DNA of 28,129 nucleotides from Opitutales bacterium (GTDB lineage Bacteria; Verrucomicrobiota; Verrucomicrobiia; Opitutales; JABSRG01): NCBI GenBank assembly GCA_049599475.1, contig JBMYOQ010000059.1, positions 1 to 28,129 of the forward strand, read 5' to 3'. Shown piece by piece: positions 25,590 to 28,129 of this stretch (position 1 is its first letter; each line of letters starts with the position of its first letter). The notes under the pieces were generated by a model. It saw only the letters and a program-made list of their open reading frames with translations, ran no database searches and was not told where the DNA came from. The position numbers and the translations under genes were made by a program.

Positions 25590-27818
25590 TTAGAAATCTA
25601 AGCGCGCACCTAGGGTGTAGGTGCGAGGGTAGCGGGGGCCGTAGACATAGTCAGAATCCCGCTCGGCGCCCGTTTCCAAATCTTCCTGGTATTCGTCGAG
25701 TATATTGTTAATCCCGGCGCGGATCGTCAGATCTATCGTCTTGTTCAGTTTAAAGGATTTGCTTAGGCCGAAATCGATCACAGTGAATTCGGGCGTATTC
25801 GCTATGTCCTCAGTGGTGTTTCGAGCGACTTCCATGCTACCTGTCCATTTGAGTGCTAAGTATGCGTCGAATAGAGCGTCGTTATCGTAGTTGATCTGAG
25901 CAAGGCCGGACCAGTCGGGCGTTTTATTGTATCTACGGGAGGAGACACCATCGAAGATCTCTTGGGCTGTGTCGAAACGGGTTTCGTTGTAAGCCAGTCC
26001 GGTGTTGAGTATCCAATGCTCTGAGAACTGGTAGGCGAAATCCCACTCCGCACCGATTACGCTGGTGCCATCGGTATTTGTGCGCTCGACTTTCACGCGC
26101 CCGTTTTCGATGACTGGATTATTCCCGGGTTCTTCGATGAAAAATGAGTCCTCAAGCTCAGTGTAGTATGCTTGGAGTCCTGTTGTGAGTTTCCCGCCGA
26201 GTGATGATGGATGAAATTCGAACCCAAGTGCGAAGGTTCTCGAACGCTCTTCGGTGAGGCCTTCTGCGTTTACCGTGTCAACGGGCTGGCCCCCTAAGTT
26301 GTCGACGTGGGTGTCTTCGCTAAATACTCGGGGAGCGAGGAAGCCGGTAGAATAGTTTGCCCGCAGTGTGAGCTCATCGGTAGCACTCCAGCGAGCCGCG
26401 ATGCGCGGGGACCAGATGACATCGTCCAATGTATTGGTTTTGTCGATGCGAATTCCTGGCACGACCTCTAGCTTGGGGCTGATCTGCCATTCATCTTGCA
26501 GATACACTCCAAAATTCTCGAAGGAAGCATCTTGTAATATGTTAATCAGCTGGCCGTCGGCATTGATGTTGTCATCGCGCAGGTCCTCAGTCTCATACTG
26601 AAAACCAAAAACGAGCCGGTGACGCCCGCTCTTCGCGACGTGTCCTAAGTCGTAGTTGAACTGCGCATCGATAAACAGGCTCTCGCTGCTAAGGTCCCCG
26701 AATTGATTAAATGATCCGCCACTGCTACCGTCGAATGCGTCTCCAAACAAGGCAAAGGCACGTGCGGCGTCGGTGCCTGGCGATGCGCTGGCATCTCCAG
26801 AAACTCTGTTGTAAGTCCGTGTCGCTGCATCGACCAATGTATCATTAGCGTGGATGTATTCGCCCCCGGTGCCGCCGTAAAAACTATCCCGATTTAGGGA
26901 CACTCCTGAAACGGCTAAATTGAGGCTGAAATCCTCGTTGACCTCTTGGTCCCAGCGTAGGGTCGCCCAATGGTATTCAGTATCTAAATACTCTGAAATT
27001 TGCGCAAATTGATTGGGGATGTCCAATCGATCCCCGCCACGTCGCTCTTCACCGATATACTGGTAGTTGAAGCGTAACCGGGTACGCTCGTTCGGTGTCC
27101 ACCAAAGGTAGGTGCCAACGGTTTGGTTGTCCCGTTCTACCAATTCGGTGAAGCCATCGTTGTTCACATCGTAGGGATCTTGGTCTCCGTAGAGACCATA
27201 GATGGAGGCCTTTATGCTTTGGTCATCACTCACCAGGAAGCTCGCAAATTGCCCTTGGTATGACGAACTGCCATCGATATCGCGAAACAGGGTCTCGACA
27301 TGGGAATGCGAATCGAAGGGCTCCTCGGGAATCAAATTGATAACGCCGGCGACTGCGCCAGGTCCATACAGGGCCGAACCGCCCCCTTTGACTACCTCGA
27401 TGCGATCGACAAAGATCGTGGGCACTTGGTCGATTCCGTAAACCGACGCCACTCCGGTGAAGAGCGGCAATCCGTCGACGAGGATTTGGTTATAATTCCC
27501 CGGCAGGCCTAACAACTGAATCTCCGCCGTGCCGCAATTCTGACAGTTGGCCTCAGTCCTCGCCCCATTAAGTAACTCCAGAGCCTGACCCAACTCAAAC
27601 ACAGCAGCCGACTCAAATGCCTCTTTCCCAAGAAGCTCCGTTTTTATCGGCACCTCGCTGATCAGGCGCTCAGAACGGGTGCCCGTAGTGACCACAGAAA
27701 ACTCCTCGAGCTCACTGATATCCGCATCCGAAGCGTCCTGCGCGAAGAGGGCAGGCGGCGACAGCAGCCAGCAAGAGAGCAATGAAGCACGTGTAAGTCT
27801 GAGAGTATCTTTGAACAC
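25590..27818 (-). CDS. TonB-dependent receptor with an NCQNCG plug motif
   Basis: Signal peptide ending LFA, TonB-box-like ELEEFSVVTTGTR, plug motif DRIEVVKGGGSALYGPGAVAGVINLI, GINNILD and a C-terminal Phe. GTG start. Confidence 0.93.
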   Translation of the reverse strand: MFKDTLRLTRASLLSCWLLSPPALFAQDASDADISELEEFSVVTTGTRSERLISEVPIKTELLGKEAFESAAVFELGQALELLNGARTEANCQNCGTAEIQLLGLPGNYNQILVDGLPLFTGVASVYGIDQVPTIFVDRIEVVKGGGSALYGPGAVAGVINLIPEEPFDSHSHVETLFRDIDGSSSYQGQFASFLVSDDQSIKASIYGLYGDQDPYDVNNDGFTELVERDNQTVGTYLWWTPNERTRLRFNYQYIGEERRGGDRLDIPNQFAQISEYLDTEYHWATLRWDQEVNEDFSLNLAVSGVSLNRDSFYGGTGGEYIHANDTLVDAATRTYNRVSGDASASPGTDAARAFALFGDAFDGSSGGSFNQFGDLSSESLFIDAQFNYDLGHVAKSGRHRLVFGFQYETEDLRDDNINADGQLINILQDASFENFGVYLQDEWQISPKLEVVPGIRIDKTNTLDDVIWSPRIAARWSATDELTLRANYSTGFLAPRVFSEDTHVDNLGGQPVDTVNAEGLTEERSRTFALGFEFHPSSLGGKLTTGLQAYYTELEDSFFIEEPGNNPVIENGRVKVERTNTDGTSVIGAEWDFAYQFSEHWILNTGLAYNETRFDTAQEIFDGVSSRRYNKTPDWSGLAQINYDNDALFDAYLALKWTGSMEVARNTTEDIANTPEFTVIDFGLSKSFKLNKTIDLTIRAGINNILDEYQEDLETGAERDSDYVYGPRYPRTYTLGARLDF

Positions 27819-27830
27819 GAGTAATGTCTA

Positions 27831-27846
27831 TTTTGATTAATCAAAA
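27831..27846. promoter_or_regulatory. Perfect 16-bp palindrome, candidate repressor operator for the TBDR operon
   Basis: TTTTGATTAATCAAAA lies 12 bp upstream of the GTG start at 27818. Confidence 0.6.
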
Positions 27847-28129
27847 CTCTTCAAGATTAATATTCAAAATAATACTATGGTCCAAAGCTTTTCAGGATAG
27901 TTTCTCAGACTTCGACTCAAACCCACTAAGTAAGCCCAGCGATAGGTTCGCCGTATTTCATTCGCACTCGCTGCCGCCCACTCAACCAAAGCCTATATGG
28001 TCCAGCTCTGCAAGGCAGCACAATCACGTCGATCTCCTCTCCTAAAAGTCCTCTCACACCTTCACCCACCTCGCAGGTAGCAACTGTGTTTCTATGCCGA
28101 GCATAATATTGATTTTTTCAGTAAAGATT

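Noticed and set aside
27850..28129. Cobalamin or TPP riboswitch upstream of the TonB-dependent receptor
   Set aside because: No conserved B12-box or TPP motifs were recognisable on the minus strand.

Overview
Bacterial window, probably from a Verrucomicrobium (Opitutales/Puniceicoccaceae-like; inferred from gene content and repeat styles, not certain). From left to right: (i) a nested inverted-repeat element (107-497); (ii) a secreted EF-hand protein; (iii) a translationally coupled minus-strand operon (Rieske oxygenase alpha, FGE-domain protein, TIM-barrel protein) behind a sigma54-like promoter; (iv) a plus-strand ~15 kb accessory island containing a mini PEP-CTERM-like peptide, a secreted 649-aa modular protein, a GIGT-repeat fibre-like protein, a 3239-aa signal-peptide-bearing LamG/TSP3/SpvB/FG-GAP/Rhs polymorphic toxin, a candidate immunity gene, an ORF closely resembling the actin-binding C-terminal CARP domain of eukaryotic cyclase-associated protein (CAP/Srv2), and a RAYT-like Y1 transposase; (v) a minus-strand block with System II cytochrome c biogenesis genes, an SDR, a thioredoxin-like protein and a TonB-dependent receptor. 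The most striking items are the eukaryote-like CAP_C gene and the Sec-exported fibre + Rhs operon. All calls come from motif recognition by eye; no searches were run.
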